Of a stretch of 64,000 nt of DNA, positions 36,976 to 48,741 are shown in pieces. The translations under genes were made by a program, and so were the position numbers. Each line of letters starts with the position of its first letter. The stretch's first letter is position 1. This DNA comes from Mytilus edulis. Its lineage: Eukaryota. The stretch is taken from positions 20,307,307 to 20,371,306 of the forward strand of contig NC_092353.1 in assembly GCF_963676685.1 (NCBI RefSeq). Reading direction: 5' to 3'. The notes beneath the pieces are model-generated. The model was given only the letters and a program-made list of their open reading frames with translations. It had not been told where the DNA came from and ran no database searches.

Positions 36976-37959
36976 AATGGAATTTTAGGAAATATTTATT
37001 TGTGTTTAGATGGTTTTTCTTTGTAAGTATAATGACATCTTTATTCAATTGTGATTGAACTATCTTCATTGCAGTATTATACAAGGCAAAAGAACCATTC
37101 ATAATAAGCTGTGAAATAAGGGAAATAGGGGATTTTGTTATAGAGAAGGCAAACGTACGCTGCAAAAATCTGAGACATTTAACATTTTCTTTATAGGTTT
37201 TAGAAATTATTTGCTTATTTGAGTATTGGCAAAAGTTTAAATGTCTATTTGGTTCAGATGAAAAGTGTCAGTGGCTTAGTGCTACAACAGAATCAGCAGC
37301 TAAATGATGAAGTACAATTGGGAAGTTGTTTTTTTTTAAATCAGAAATACAATTACCTGCACCTCTCTGCTTTACTTCTTTCTTTTCGAGTTCTTTTCCT
37401 TTAGCTGAAAGACAAAAACAATTATATCATAAAGAGAGAAGCTAAATTCAACAAACTGAATCATAAAAGAATTTGGTACACATCTCAATCAATTATGCTT
37501 AAGAGGGTTTATCCTACTTCATTGATTGATTTTAAATTGGAAGTTTTTAAGATAAAGGTTTAACTACAAGTATCACAGAAACTTTACATTATCAATGATC
37601 TATGTAAATGCAGTCAAGAACCATGCCACATGAATATGCATGTGCACTGTAGAATCGTTCAAAACCTTTAAATAGTAAACCATGAAAATGAGGTGTTTTT
37701 CTCATTTGTGCAGGACATACTTTTGCCTTTATTGAACTTTAATAGATATTAGTTGTCTCTTTGCATATTGGCAATCAAATCACATCTCCATATTTTCATA
37801 TGTATTATATTAAGTGACTTTCATCACAGGATAGATAATAAGAAAAATATATTGTTTATGGTATTATTTCAAAATATTATTTCCTTATCATCTTCTTATC
37901 CCTCTTCTCTTTTGGTGTTAAAGTTACTTTAAACACTTCTGTGCTATTTTGCGGTGGTC

Positions 37960-38170
37960 AGTTTTGTTGGTGAAGGAAGCCTGAGTGCCAAAAGAGAACC
38001 ACGACCTTAGATAGGAAAACTGTCAATTCTAGTCCATTAAGATTATTAGGAAAACTGTCAATTCTAGTCAATAAAGATTATTAGAGTCCTATGCACCTGT
38101 TTAATGCAGGGTTTGAACTTAATACCTCAGTGTTGACTAGCTAGTGATAAAGTAGACCCATTTCCTTATG
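37960..38170 (-). mobile_element. tRNA-derived SINE (box B-like GTTCAAACCCTGC on the minus strand)
   Basis: Reverse complement of 38080-38160 reads 'ggtctactttatcactagctagtcaacactgaggtattaagttcaaaccctgcattaaacaggtgc'. Related to 38740-38920 and to the head at 24881-24990. Confidence 0.4.
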
Positions 38171-38216
38171 ATCAACACAGTATCAAACCGTTATGGTTAA
38201 ACAGAAAGTTTTATAC

Positions 38217-38591
38217 CTGGTTTTCCACAGGCTTCAAATCCAACATATGCATCCTTCTGTCCCATTCCAACCATTACCCCTTGATGTCTAGGTCTACCTA
38301 CAGCTGTTGGGAAATTAGCTCTAGGATGATCATCTCCAGCAAATCCTGCCTTCATCATGAGTGATCCAGCATCTAATACTAATGGCATTATCTGCACATC
38401 TTCATCAGAGCTTGACTTATATTGGCCTTCTTCAGAAATCATACTTGTAGCTTCTTCAAGAATTTCATCTTCCTCAAAATCCTCACATGATGCATATGAA
38501 GAATTAAAGCTAAATAATTCATTAGCATCTTCGTCTGAATCAATAAACCTGGCATAACCCTTTTGTTCTGGTGACATATCAGTTTCAAGAT
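38217..38591 (-). CDS. Actin-like protein exon: acidic N-terminal extension followed by a divergent actin N-terminus
   Basis: '...[62 protein letters not shown]' versus actin '[52 protein letters not shown]'. ATG at 38577; a possible acceptor 'ttattttag|' sits 14 nt upstream (exon high end 38591). Donor 'GGAAAACCAG|gtataa', phase 1 (exon low end 38217). Downstream actin exons not located. Confidence 0.6.
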
Positions 38592-38739
38592 CTAAAATAA
38601 GATATTAACAAGAGGGCACATGCTGTAATATCTAGCCAAAGCTTAAAGTGATGATAATTGAATATTATGATGAAAGTATTTTATGCAAACAGGTATTGCA
38701 TAAATTTAATAGTTTCAAAGACTGATTGGTGTTTAACAC

Positions 38740-38920
38740 ACTATTATGCTATTTTGTAGCAGTTTTTACTGGTGGTGGAAGCCAGAGTGCCTTGAAACAA
38801 CGACATTTTGGTAAAAACTGAAATTAAGATTGCAGTCAAGTGCACCTGCTCCTTGCAGGATTCAAACTCACAACCTCAGTATTGACAGTCTTAGTTATAC
38901 AGTAGTTTGACTACTTAGAC
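38740..38920 (-). mobile_element. tRNA-derived SINE copy
   Basis: Reverse complement reads 'ggtctaagtagtcaaactactgtataactaagactgtcaatactgaggttgtgagtttgaatcctgcaaggagcaggtgcacttgac'. Box B-like 'GAGTTTGAATCCTGC'. Confidence 0.4.
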
Positions 38921-39515
38921 CAGTTAACAGTAAACAGTTAATTTATAAATATGAAAAAAAGTTAAAAAGGCCAAATAAAGTAAGAAGTTGAAGAGCATTG
39001 AGGACCAAAGTTCCTAAAAGTTGTGCCAAATACGGCTAAAATAATCTATTCCTGAAGTAAAAAAACCTTAGTATTTCAAAAATTCTAAATTTATTTTGTA
39101 AACAGTTAATTTATAAATATGACCATATCAATGATAATTCATGTCAACACAGAACTGACTACTGGGCTTATGAAACCCTCGGGGTATTAAAACTCCACCA
39201 GCAGTGGTATTGACCCAGTGGTTGTAAATAAACTCATCAGAGATACCAGATACCAGATAGACTGCTTTATGGAACAGATTTTACTCATCGCCAAAGATTG
39301 CTTTCATCTTTACATTTGGTTTATATGGTTAGATGTCTCATTGGTAATCATAACACATCTGATTCCTTTATACTCTATAAACAATTGTTGGTGCTATCAA
39401 TGTCCAAAGCATGCTTAAGTTTTGATTTTGGTACTTTCTTGCACTTCTGCAACTCTGATGCAGTCAAGACAGTAATTATGGTAACTTTACCGAATTCAAT
39501 AAACTCTAAACTTAC

Positions 39516-39871
39516 CTTCACCTTCAGCAGACCACAGTGTTAAATTATCTCTTAACAACTGCATTTTTACAGTTGAATCTTTATAGCTCTCTTCACTTAA
39601 ACAATCTAGCTCTGATATTGCCTGATCAAATGCTGATTTTGCTATACTACATGTTTTATCTGGGGAGTTGAGAACATCGTGATATAATGCAGACAAACTA
39701 AGTGCTAAATCTAGACATACAGGATGAGTAGGTGGTAAACCTGCAGATGCTGTATCACTTGCAATGTTATATGCAGCTAATTTTTTTTCTGTGGCTTCAT
39801 TTTTATCATTTCCTGTGACAGTTTCATTTAAGAATTGGTAATAGTCTGCTAAGTATTGGTAATAATTTCTC
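39516..39871 (-). CDS. 14-3-3-like protein, C-terminal-half exon
   Basis: 'RNYYQYLADYYQF...[74 protein letters not shown]' versus canonical 14-3-3 'GDYYRYLAEVA...[69 protein letters not shown]'. Acceptor 'cctggaaag|GAGAAATTAT'. A possible donor 'GAAGGTGAAG|gtaagt' (phase 1) sits at 39516; alternatively the frame reads through to a stop at 39496 ('...GKFRVY*'). Confidence 0.7.
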
Positions 39872-40247
39872 CTTTCCTGGAAATTTTGGAAGGTCAAAAT
39901 ATAAAAAAGAAAATGTGGTCTAATTTGCCAATAAGATAACTCTCCACAAGAGACCAAATGACACAGAAATTAACAACACTAAGTGACTGTACAGCCTTCA
40001 ACAAAGCCCATACAGCATATAGGCAGCTATAAAAACAAAGATAATGACAATCTTGAAACACTTTTGGATCAATCAATGATTTTTACTTTATACTTAAGTA
40101 CCTACAGAACAGTCATTCATAAAGTTTTTAGTTAAACTTTAATTCATAGAATAAAAAATATAAGAGGTCAAGAAATTTCCAATAATACATTAGAAGAATT
40201 TAATCTTTGGTCTTTTTAACATTTGAAGAATTTTTTGTGAAACTTAC

Positions 40248-40336
40248 ATTTTATAGTAGAAAACTTTGGATTCTTCACTTGCTGCATAAGGAATTAGTTT
40301 GTTATCTAAAATGTCTAAAATACTATGGCAAATATT
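40248..40336 (-). CDS. 14-3-3-like upstream exon
   Basis: Minus strand reads 'NICHSILDILDNKLIPYAASEESKVFYYK' + 'AT|gtaagt'. Joined to the next exon it gives 'KVFYYKM-RNYYQYLADYY', matching 14-3-3 'KVFYLKMKGDYYRYLAEV' and completing the ATG codon across the junction. The 5' boundary is approximate (acceptor 'gataag|AAT' or 'caataag|AT'). Confidence 0.55.
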
Positions 40337-40364
40337 CTTATCTTATTGTCCAGAAACCAAGTGT

Positions 40365-40440
40365 CTTAAACTTTGGACGACGCTGACGACGACAATGTAA
40401 TACAAATGTGCGTCTGCAAACTTTTTTTGGGAAGATCCTG
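40365..40440 (+). other. (GAC)n-containing terminus-like segment resembling the family A/B element 3' ends
   Basis: 'ctttggacgacgctgacgacgacaatgtaatacaaatgtgcgtctgcaaac' versus 56695-56740 'ctttgatgacgctgacgctgatgccaacgtgataccaatatacgacc'. Confidence 0.3.
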
Positions 40441-40974
40441 GTAAGATGTATAAAAAGTATTTCTAAAATTAAAATATAATATCATTAAACATTTTTAAAA
40501 ACTAATAAAAAAGTAAAATCCTTGACTATTTTTAAATCAAAGCGCTGTAAGCGCTGAAGGCAGTTAACCAAAAACCAAGACAAACGTAATTATGAAAACT
40601 GTGGCAATGTTGCTTCAACATTAAACATTTATATATAGTACATTTATGTTTTTCTAATGAATTAATTATTAAGGCAAATAGTTTATATGTTATCAAGGTT
40701 TCAAAAGCAATGCATATATCAATGTATATTTTTTATGGTGAGTCTGCAGTGGTACAAGTTGTTCTACTTGGTAGTTAACGTTGGTTTTAGTTGACTGTTA
40801 GTAGTACAAGTTGACTTATTATGAATATGTAATGGTATGAATGGACAAGTTTCCCTGGAAAGAAAACTGAGTTTGTGTTCTATAAGTACAAAAGTTATGA
40901 GACACAAATCAGACAATTCCCTACTACAGGGATTAGAGGTGAGGTCTGACTAACCTGAAGGTAGTAAATGTAAA

Positions 40975-41885
40975 TGATTTGTTATTTTGTCCCATACATG
41001 AATATATATAGTTTAGGGGTGGGGATCTCAACGGTTTTCAAGTTCTCAAACAGGAAGGGGTATGGTGACCCTAGGGACTTCCCATATATTTAATTTGATT
41101 TGTTATATTGTCCAATACATGAATATATATGGTTTAGGGGTGGGGATCTCATCAGTTTCCAAGTTCTCAAACAGGAGGGTGTACGGTGACCCACCCTATA
41201 TTTCATTTGAATTGTTATATTGCCCCATACATGAATATATATGGTTAAGAGGTAGGGATCTCAACAGTTTTAAAATTCTCAAACAGGAGGGGGTGGGTGA
41301 CACAAGGGACTCCCTCTATATTTCATCTGATTTGTTATATTGTCCCATACATGCATTTTGCCATATATATGGTTTAGGGGTGGGGATCTCACCCGTTTTC
41401 AAATTCTAAAACAGAAGGGGTGGGGTGACCCCCAACGACTCCCCTATATTTCATTGGATTTTTTATATTGTCACAAACATTCGTTTCCAAGTTATCAAAC
41501 AAGAGGGGGTAGGGTGAAAACAGGGACTCCCCTATATTTCATTTGATTTCTTATATGGTCCCATACATGAGTATGTATGGTTTAGGGGTGGGGATCTCGA
41601 CCATTTCCAAGTTCTCAAATGGGAGGGATGGGGCAACCCCAGGGACTCCCCCTATATTTCATTTAATTTCTCATAGTGTCCCATACTTGATTATATGGTT
41701 TAGTGGTGGGGATCTCAACTGTTTCAAAGTTCCAAAACAGGATGGGGGTGGGTTGATCCCAGGGACTCCCCTATATTTCATTTGATTAGTTATATTGTCC
41801 CATACTTGAATATATATGGTTTAGGGGTAGGAATCCCAACCGTTTCATAGTTATCAAACAGGAGGGGATAGGACGCCACCTATAT
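40975..41885. repeat. ~118 bp satellite, ~7.7 units
   Basis: Unit 'tgttatattgtcccatacatgaatatatatggtttaggggtggggatctcaacngttttcaagttctcaaacaggagggg...gtgaccc...gggactcccctatatttcatttgatt'. The listed ORFs 41062-41785 (+) are artefacts. Confidence 0.85.
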
Positions 41886-41986
41886 ATCATATGATTTGAT
41901 TACATTCCGGTATTATATAATATAGTTGCACTATTTGTTGAAAAAAAAAGTAAGAAACCTCCAGCTACTTTAATTAACCCTTCAAA

Positions 41987-42211
41987 GGGGGTCTCATTGG
42001 GGGGTTCTGATCCCGGATCCCACTTACTGTTTTGTCAACTTCCTGTATCCCGCTTATACTATGTACCTAAGCAATTCTCATTTTTTTGTAATTTCCCGTG
42101 TCCCGCTAGACCTTAATTCCCGTTTTCACTGCACAATAATTTGACTTTCCCGTGTCATGCTTACAATAAATCGGCAATCCCGCGTCACGCTTAGACCCCA
42201 ATGAGACCCAC
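41987..42211. mobile_element. Foldback MITE candidate: 14-16 bp TIR GGGTCTCATTGGGG with 6 bp TSD TTCAAA
   Basis: Left 'TTCAAAgg|gggtctcattgggg', right 'ccccaatgagaccc|acTTCAAA'. Interior carries 4 direct ~30 bp sub-repeats ('tcccgtgtcccgcta', 'tcccgtgtcatgctta', 'tcccgcgtcacgctta'). Confidence 0.35.
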
Positions 42212-44029
42212 TTCAAAATTGAGAGAAAATACCCCTATAAAATTGCAGTAATATGTTTACACTTTAAAAGCATCTTACATGCATTATCATCATTTATCAC
42301 TGATAAAGATAATTTATACTGTGACCAGGAACATATATATTGTTAGATATACTGTTTCCAGCTGTCACATTGTATTGGAATTTGACATTAAAATTTGTCA
42401 AAAAGTAAATTTGAGTTTCTGTATAAAATATTTTTTGCTTTTTCTTTCTTTTACATATATCTTTTGGTTTTCAATTCTAGTGTTTATATTCATTTACCAT
42501 GCATAGATGTATTTTGTCAACTGCCTGGATTTTGTGTAGTTGATCGCCAAAACCCGGAATTACCCTTATCCCCTTCCGGAATCGGATCAATATTGTAATT
42601 ACGGCAATCATATTGTTTATGTTTACAATGTTGATTTTGTCAGTCAGATACGCTTTTACTCGAATTTACACATTATTTGTCGGCTATTTTCTGTATAAAC
42701 CTAGCGGTTGATCAAAATGAACATCGCTGTCATGAATAATAATGAGGAAAATAAGTTTTTGTTTATTTGGAGACTTTGGTGAAAAGGCTTGCAAAGTTAT
42801 TTTTTATTTTCTTTCAAGTGGAAGGTCTGTCTGGCGTAGCTATGAACCAAGTTGAAATTTCGATTGCAAAAGTGGACGGTTGCGGACCTCACACCACCGC
42901 TAATTTGAATCCCTGCCTCAAAATTGAAAAGATACAAAAATTTCGTATCCTAATTTGAAATTGCCGTCAACAGCATGACCAGTTGAACTTATTATATAAT
43001 AGACTACTGACGTAGTTGTACTACATATTGACAACAAACAATATTCCTACGACTTTTGCCATTTTGGAAATCTAAACTACTTGTCTTAAGAGATTTTCGA
43101 CGATTAAATATTTCATACAATTGTTCTTTGACATCTTAGCCAAAAGCACAGGCAATAATAAACTACATAAGGATTCCTAATAAGCACTACTTCCTATGTG
43201 CAACTTCAAAACTTTTGGGTGAATCAACCATCATTTTAGGTTTTTCTTGTCATATTTTTTGTAATCCAGAATTAAAAGTATTAAAAAAGTGTTCAATTAG
43301 TTATATATAACATAGTAGCCAGCTAGATAATAACAATGGCAAGTATTTTAGCATTTATTGGGTAGAACACAAATCTAGGGTGCTCACATAATGCAGCTTA
43401 ACTGCATAAAAATCAGTTTTGAATAACAGAAAACCTTATCAAGATTAAAAATATTTTCTTTTTAAAAGAAATATTAAAACTCCTGGAATGAGTGTAAAAT
43501 TATTATCACCTAGAGACAAAAGTGATTCACTTTTTGTTGTAAATGTGTGCACTAGTTATTCCCAAGTAAAAAATATTGTTACTATTGTATTAAGAGATTT
43601 TGTATAACTTATCAGAAGTTTATATTAATAATGATTAGTATATTAGTAATTAACTTTTTACTTTATGTTATTAGCTGTATTGATAATGTCATATATAGTG
43701 CAACCTTGTCATGTATTGTTCAGAACATTACATTATATTTGTCTTACACCAAGGCTCTGCCCATGGGTTACTAGATGTAAGAAGCAGAGCATTTAGCTGT
43801 ATGCCTCACCGTTTATCTTATGAGTAAGGGTCATAGTTTAAAGGTAAGAAGCAGCGCAAATAGCTGTATACCTTGCATTTATTTACATTGTAGAATTTGT
43901 AAGATAGTCCCGTTTGGTCAATACAAAAATACAAGAGAAAGAATGTTATTCTAGTAGCTTGACTGTTAGATGAAATAAAATAACTTTTTAACAATCATTT
44001 TGGGTTTTAACAAAATTGAAACAAAACAG

Positions 44030-44209
44030 AGATTTATTCCTATACCTTTCCCTTGTTTTCTTTGTGTTCATTTCGGCTATTATTTCGCAAAATTGTTCTT
44101 TTAGATAAGATTTCTCTTCTAAATACATCTGACAACAAGTTTCTCTGTTCAGCTGTTAAATCCACATGTGTTGACTCAACCTTATTTATTTGATCCATTA
44201 TTTCTGAAA
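44030..44209 (-). CDS. Candidate distal exon of the VWA5A-like gene (or a separate gene)
   Basis: Acceptor 'ttgttttcag|AAATAATGGATC' gives 'EIMDQINKVESTHVDLTAEQRNLLSDVFRREILSKRTILRNNS...'. Weak similarity to the VWA5A 'LEEIMAAQP' region. Boundaries uncertain. Confidence 0.25.
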
Positions 44210-45096
44210 ACAATAATGTGTGGTCTCAGGTCAGTATTGGGGTGTCAAAAATAAAATCACACTTTTACTTTTAGTATAAGGTTGAAACCATTAGGCTACA
44301 TGCTTAACTGAAATGGAATAAAGTTATTTTGTTGATAGAGTGTAAGATTATAGAATCAAACACTACCTATATGAAAGAGTTCTTTTTTTTTAAACAAACA
44401 AGAAACTTTTATTACTTTATAACATTTCGAGAAGGGATTGACAATGGCAATGATTTTTCATTATCCTAAGTTAATTTTAAATACATTTTAGTTTTATCTT
44501 GTTTATATATTTTTTTTTATCTTTTATCAGTATCATTGCACAAATCTTTAGACTTGAATGATTTTTCCTGTTTTTAAATTGACTGTTTACTTATAAAGTC
44601 ACTACATATATATGTCTAAAGTTGTGTATGTCAATCAGATCCTCAAATTACTCATCCTTCATACATATAGATTTATTGCACATCACAGTATTATCAACTC
44701 ATCAGACAAAACAGGCTGCAAATGTTCAAATTATATCAGAGCATTATGAATTCCAATTTTTAAAATGTAGATTATAAAATACAATTATAATATCACAACC
44801 AAAGTTCAGTATTTGTTTTTTTACATATAACCAGAAACCAGAATCATTCTAAAAATCTTTAAAACAAACATTTATTAATCAACGGTAGAAATTTTCTTGC
44901 TTAGGACAGCTAATCTCCCAATATTATAGAGGTTAATCAAGGGTTTTTTTTTTTAAAAGAAAAGGGCTCTACATCAAATGTGTGTTTTCTCTCTATAAAA
45001 ATACCTTGTAGCACTACTACATGTAGCAGTTCAGTTTGAGATAAGACACGAGCATAAGGACATAAAAAGGTAAGTGATTTATAAAGAATTGGGTAC

Positions 45097-45355
45097 CTAT
45101 CCCATTAAAATCCTGTTCCTCAATCAACTTACCACATCTAAGTAAGTTATGCATAGGAGCGGCTTCTTCCATTCCTACGCAAATCAATTCATCGTAAGAA
45201 TCTCCCATTTCTGCGCCAAAATATGTACTGTTACAGTAAAGATGTTCCTCTTCCCCTTCCCCTTCCCCTTCCCATCCTAAATACTGCAAAGTATCTACAT
45301 CTTCATCAGAAACCAATTCCAGTATTGATGGTTCATCAGCCTCAATCACTTCATC
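45097..45355 (-). CDS. VWA5A-like gene, distal acidic exon (low boundary uncertain)
   Basis: Acceptor 'cttgattaag|GATGAAGTG', phase 0, continuing from exon 46333-46434: '...AVEKREK|DEVIEADEPSILELVSDEDVDTLQYLGWEGEGEGEEEHLYCNSTYFGAEMGDSYDELICVGMEEAAPMHNLLRCGKLIEEQDFNG'. Confidence 0.4.
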
Positions 45356-45724
45356 CTTAATCAAGTAAAATTTTTAACATGACATACTGGTATATAAGAA
45401 ATATATTTTAGTTCCCATATATGTTGCTTGGCATACAGATCATTTCAGATACTAATGTGGAAAACTAGACAGGATGAAAAACTTGTAGAGTAATAGTTAT
45501 TCTACAATTTACACAGAAATTATATTAATTTAAATAATCATTTTTTGTCTGCTATAGAAAATTAACAATAATAATTTAAATGGACAAATCAAATTCTGAT
45601 TTTAAATCATAATATCTTAAACATTTTATTATCATTTTATAGCTAGACATATTAATTCTTTCAGATTTCTGAAAATATTTTACCAACATAACTTAGTATT
45701 AGCTTTAATAGTCAATTATACAAT

Positions 45725-45845
45725 ATGGGTTTTTCTAATTGTTGAAGGCTGTATGGTTGACTATAATTGCTTACACCCTATAGCTATCCATATCAATTTG
45801 TCTGGTGAATATTTGTCTCCTTGGCAATCATACCACATCTTTTTA
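45725..45845 (+). mobile_element. SINE family 3'-half fragment (intronic)
   Basis: 'ttgttgaaggctgtatggttgactataattg...gtctccttggcaatcataccacatct'. Confidence 0.5.
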
Positions 45846-46332
45846 TTCTAATAACAAGTTACGGTTTCTAGTGTGTATTTATTCTGAACTTTTTGACTAC
45901 ATAAAACATTGGAATATGAATTTATTCAAACAGTTCTGGGTCGTACAGTAACTTTCAATTTGGTTTAAAACTTTTAAGTGTTATTCTATTCTGTATTATT
46001 TGTTCATGAAATAGTTACAGAATAAATTACCAAGCCTACAAGTCCATTTGTGTTAAAAGTTTCAAAAGCTAACAGCAACATTATCAGTATCTCTGCCCAT
46101 CTAATTTGGACCATTTTTATAGGCCTTAAGTTTTTATAGCATATTCAATATAATAGAAAGACTCTCCACATATATATCTATGTTTGGTCATGCAAAATTT
46201 ATAGGAAAGATAAAGCATCAAAATACTTTATACAGAATCTGTGTTATATGTAACAAAAGTTACAACAGATGGACCAAAACGGACAAAGAGTTGGGGTGAA
46301 ATATTCTTATCTATTAACATAGGTAAATATTA

Positions 46333-46434
46333 CCTTTTCTCTTTTCTCCACAGCTATGAAACTTGTCAGCTGAGTGACTATAGAGTATTTCTTACTCAGT
46401 TCTATTATATAGTCTTTCATGTCCATCTTCTTCA
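46333..46434 (-). CDS. VWA5A-like exon
   Basis: 'gtttgcag|TTGAAGAAG...' gives 'LKKMDMKDYIIELSKKYSIVTQLTSFIAVEKREK' + 'AAG|gtaata'. Similar to VWA5A 'KKDALNLSLESGVISSFTAFIAINKE'. Confidence 0.6.
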
Positions 46435-47266
46435 ACTGCAAACAAATCATAAATAATTCTACTTCTTTATCCATAGAAATTACCTTAAATTCAGAAATCA
46501 TTGGGATATTTTTATTATTGCGAAAATGCGACAGGTTTATCATCACAATAATTAAAACTCGCATTTTGTAATTTATTATATGAATCAACTAGGAGTTTTC
46601 TAAATATCTCAAAAATTAAATTGCATTTTATTCTAAAATGACAAAATCACAATAATAAATGCACACAATAATTTCTGAATTTACAGTATATATATATAAT
46701 TCCTCCTAGAGTAATTCAAAAACTGACTCAGTAATTACAGAGATGTCTCAAAATAAAGAGCTTGGATACTAGATGCAATTTTGCAGCTGGTGTTTTAGTT
46801 ATAACATGAACTTTCATTTTCAGCAAATAAGGATGTAAATGTTTAACTGCTATACAAATATGAACCCTGTTTTGTAATAGAATGACATCTTGGGCATGCG
46901 TTTTAACAAGATAAAGATCACAAGGTATCTGTACAGGATGATATCTAACCCTACTCACACACATTTATTGACTCAAAGCCAAATGCTCTAATTCCTGAAT
47001 GCTGTATGATTGGCTAATAGATCATGAGCAGTAGCACATATATGAACTTTGGTAGCAGGGGTTTCAACTAACACTTAGTCTTGTCAGTTTTAAAAGTACT
47101 GCAAATGTTCTCCTCTTTTTATAAAAAATTATTACAACAAAAATGAATGTTGTTGTACTGAAATGTTGTAGTTTTTATTGCAAGAAATTTTGTAAAATTA
47201 GTAACTGTCTCTTATGATTCACATCCAAACTAAAGTTCAGATTCTACTTTATTCATCTAAATTTAC

Positions 47267-47347
47267 CTGATGGTCAATACTGTCTGGGGAGAGTACTCCA
47301 TCTTCCCAGTCTCTGATTATTGCTTTAGCTGTTAGTCTGTGGAGATT
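47267..47347 (-). CDS. VWA5A-like exon
   Basis: 'ttcttgcag|AAT...' gives 'NLHRLTAKAIIRDWEDGVLSPDSIDHQ' + 'CAG|gtaaat'. Similar to VWA5A 'NLTIHRLAAKSLLQTKD'. Confidence 0.6.
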
Positions 47348-47753
47348 CTGCAAGAAAAAAACAACAACATTATCATATCAATCTCAAGAATAAAAGGTGA
47401 TTCTAGGTACATGACAGCATGGCAATAACAAAGAAAAAAGACATCTAGTGGTCAACATGTTGTCTTCAAAACAGTTTAGTATAAAGCTCTGACTTACCCC
47501 CCTAAAGGAACAGTTGTGACAAATATCACTGTAACAATTATATTTTCTCCATTGTTTTCTAAAAAGATTAAACATAAAAATATCAAGTTTATACACATGA
47601 TATTACTAATGTCAGATCTGAAAGTTAGGATTTGTGTTCAAAGTTTCAAAAATCTATATATGCACTTTAAATGTTTTTTAAATGAGGATACTAACCCAAA
47701 GAAAAGTTTAGATAGACTTATATGGCAGTTTTCAGTTGTAAAACTATCCTTAC

Positions 47754-47834
47754 CTGCCCTTGTGTAGTACTGAGCTCAGACGTAGAGACAACTGTAGATA
47801 TTTCTTGGCCACCAATCTCTGCCTTTAAAGTAGC
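47754..47834 (-). CDS. VWA5A-like exon
   Basis: 'ttttatacag|GCT...' gives 'ATLKAEIGGQEISTVVSTSELSTTQGQ' + 'CAG|gtaagg'. Confidence 0.5.
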
Positions 47835-48576
47835 CTGTATAAAAAAACGTAAAACATGGTTTATATGTGTACATATTATATTCATTTGAGGGCAAACCAG
47901 TTACTAAGTATATAAATGACGGAGAACATAACCTATCTTTGATCTTTCACATCATTGTATAAGTTCATGGTATATAACTATATACTAAGGCTTTAAAAAA
48001 CAACCATTTCAAGGGGCATAACTCTAAAATATTGGCAGTCAATATACAAAATGTGCAATAGAATACTGAAGTTAATGGAAAGCTATTTAAAGTTATCATT
48101 TTGGAACTATATATCATGATTTGTGAGAAACAAAATAATAACTTCACCTAAACAAGAAATATATATGTCCATAAAGAATACACTACATATATGTATTGTA
48201 TCAGGGTGATCAATTTACATGTCAAATTTGGTTATATGTCTGCACAAACATTGGAAAATCCTGTTAAGTTATATGTAGTGTTGTTCATGTGCGATCTTTT
48301 AAAAGTTATAATTCTGAAAGTGTTTCAACTTTCCATAATGTAACTTTTGTTAATTCAAACTGATGATTCTTAGCACAAAAAGTTACATTATATTGGCTCC
48401 CAACATAGATATAATAAAAAGGGTGAAAAAAAGGATACTTTGTTCTTTAGAACAAAATAAAAGGTTAATCTAAAAAGAAATCAGTCTGACTTAATGAATA
48501 ATTGTCTGATTTGTCTTTAAGTTTGTTATTTGTTAATGTATAACAAAACAAAATTGTAAAATGTACTTATAATTAC

Positions 48577-48741
48577 CATTTTACAATTGCTGACAAATCC
48601 ATATACCACAAGTCTGGAGCCATTAAACAGAGCTGTGATTTGTTGTGGAGCTTGAACTGGAGGAGGAGTATCAAACTGTTGCCAAGCAACTGATACAGAG
48701 GTCAACACTGGCTGAGAGGTCTTCTGAATTTGGGATTTTAC
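48577..48741 (-). CDS. VWA5A-like exon
   Basis: 'attgcag|GTAAAATCC...' gives 'VKSQIQKTSQPVLTSVSVAWQQFDTPPPVQAPQQITALFNGSRLVVYGFVSNCKM' + 'ATG|gtaatt'. Similar to VWA5A 'RSLQPVVEDVSLSWHLPPG...QTVIFRGQRLISYAQL'. Confidence 0.65.

Noticed and set aside
46728-46964. ORF 'TKTPAAKLHLVSKLFILRHL' as an additional VWA5A exon
   Set aside because: The VWA5A region it would match is already encoded by the well-supported exon 46333-46434. It also lacks a convincing acceptor, so it is probably intronic.
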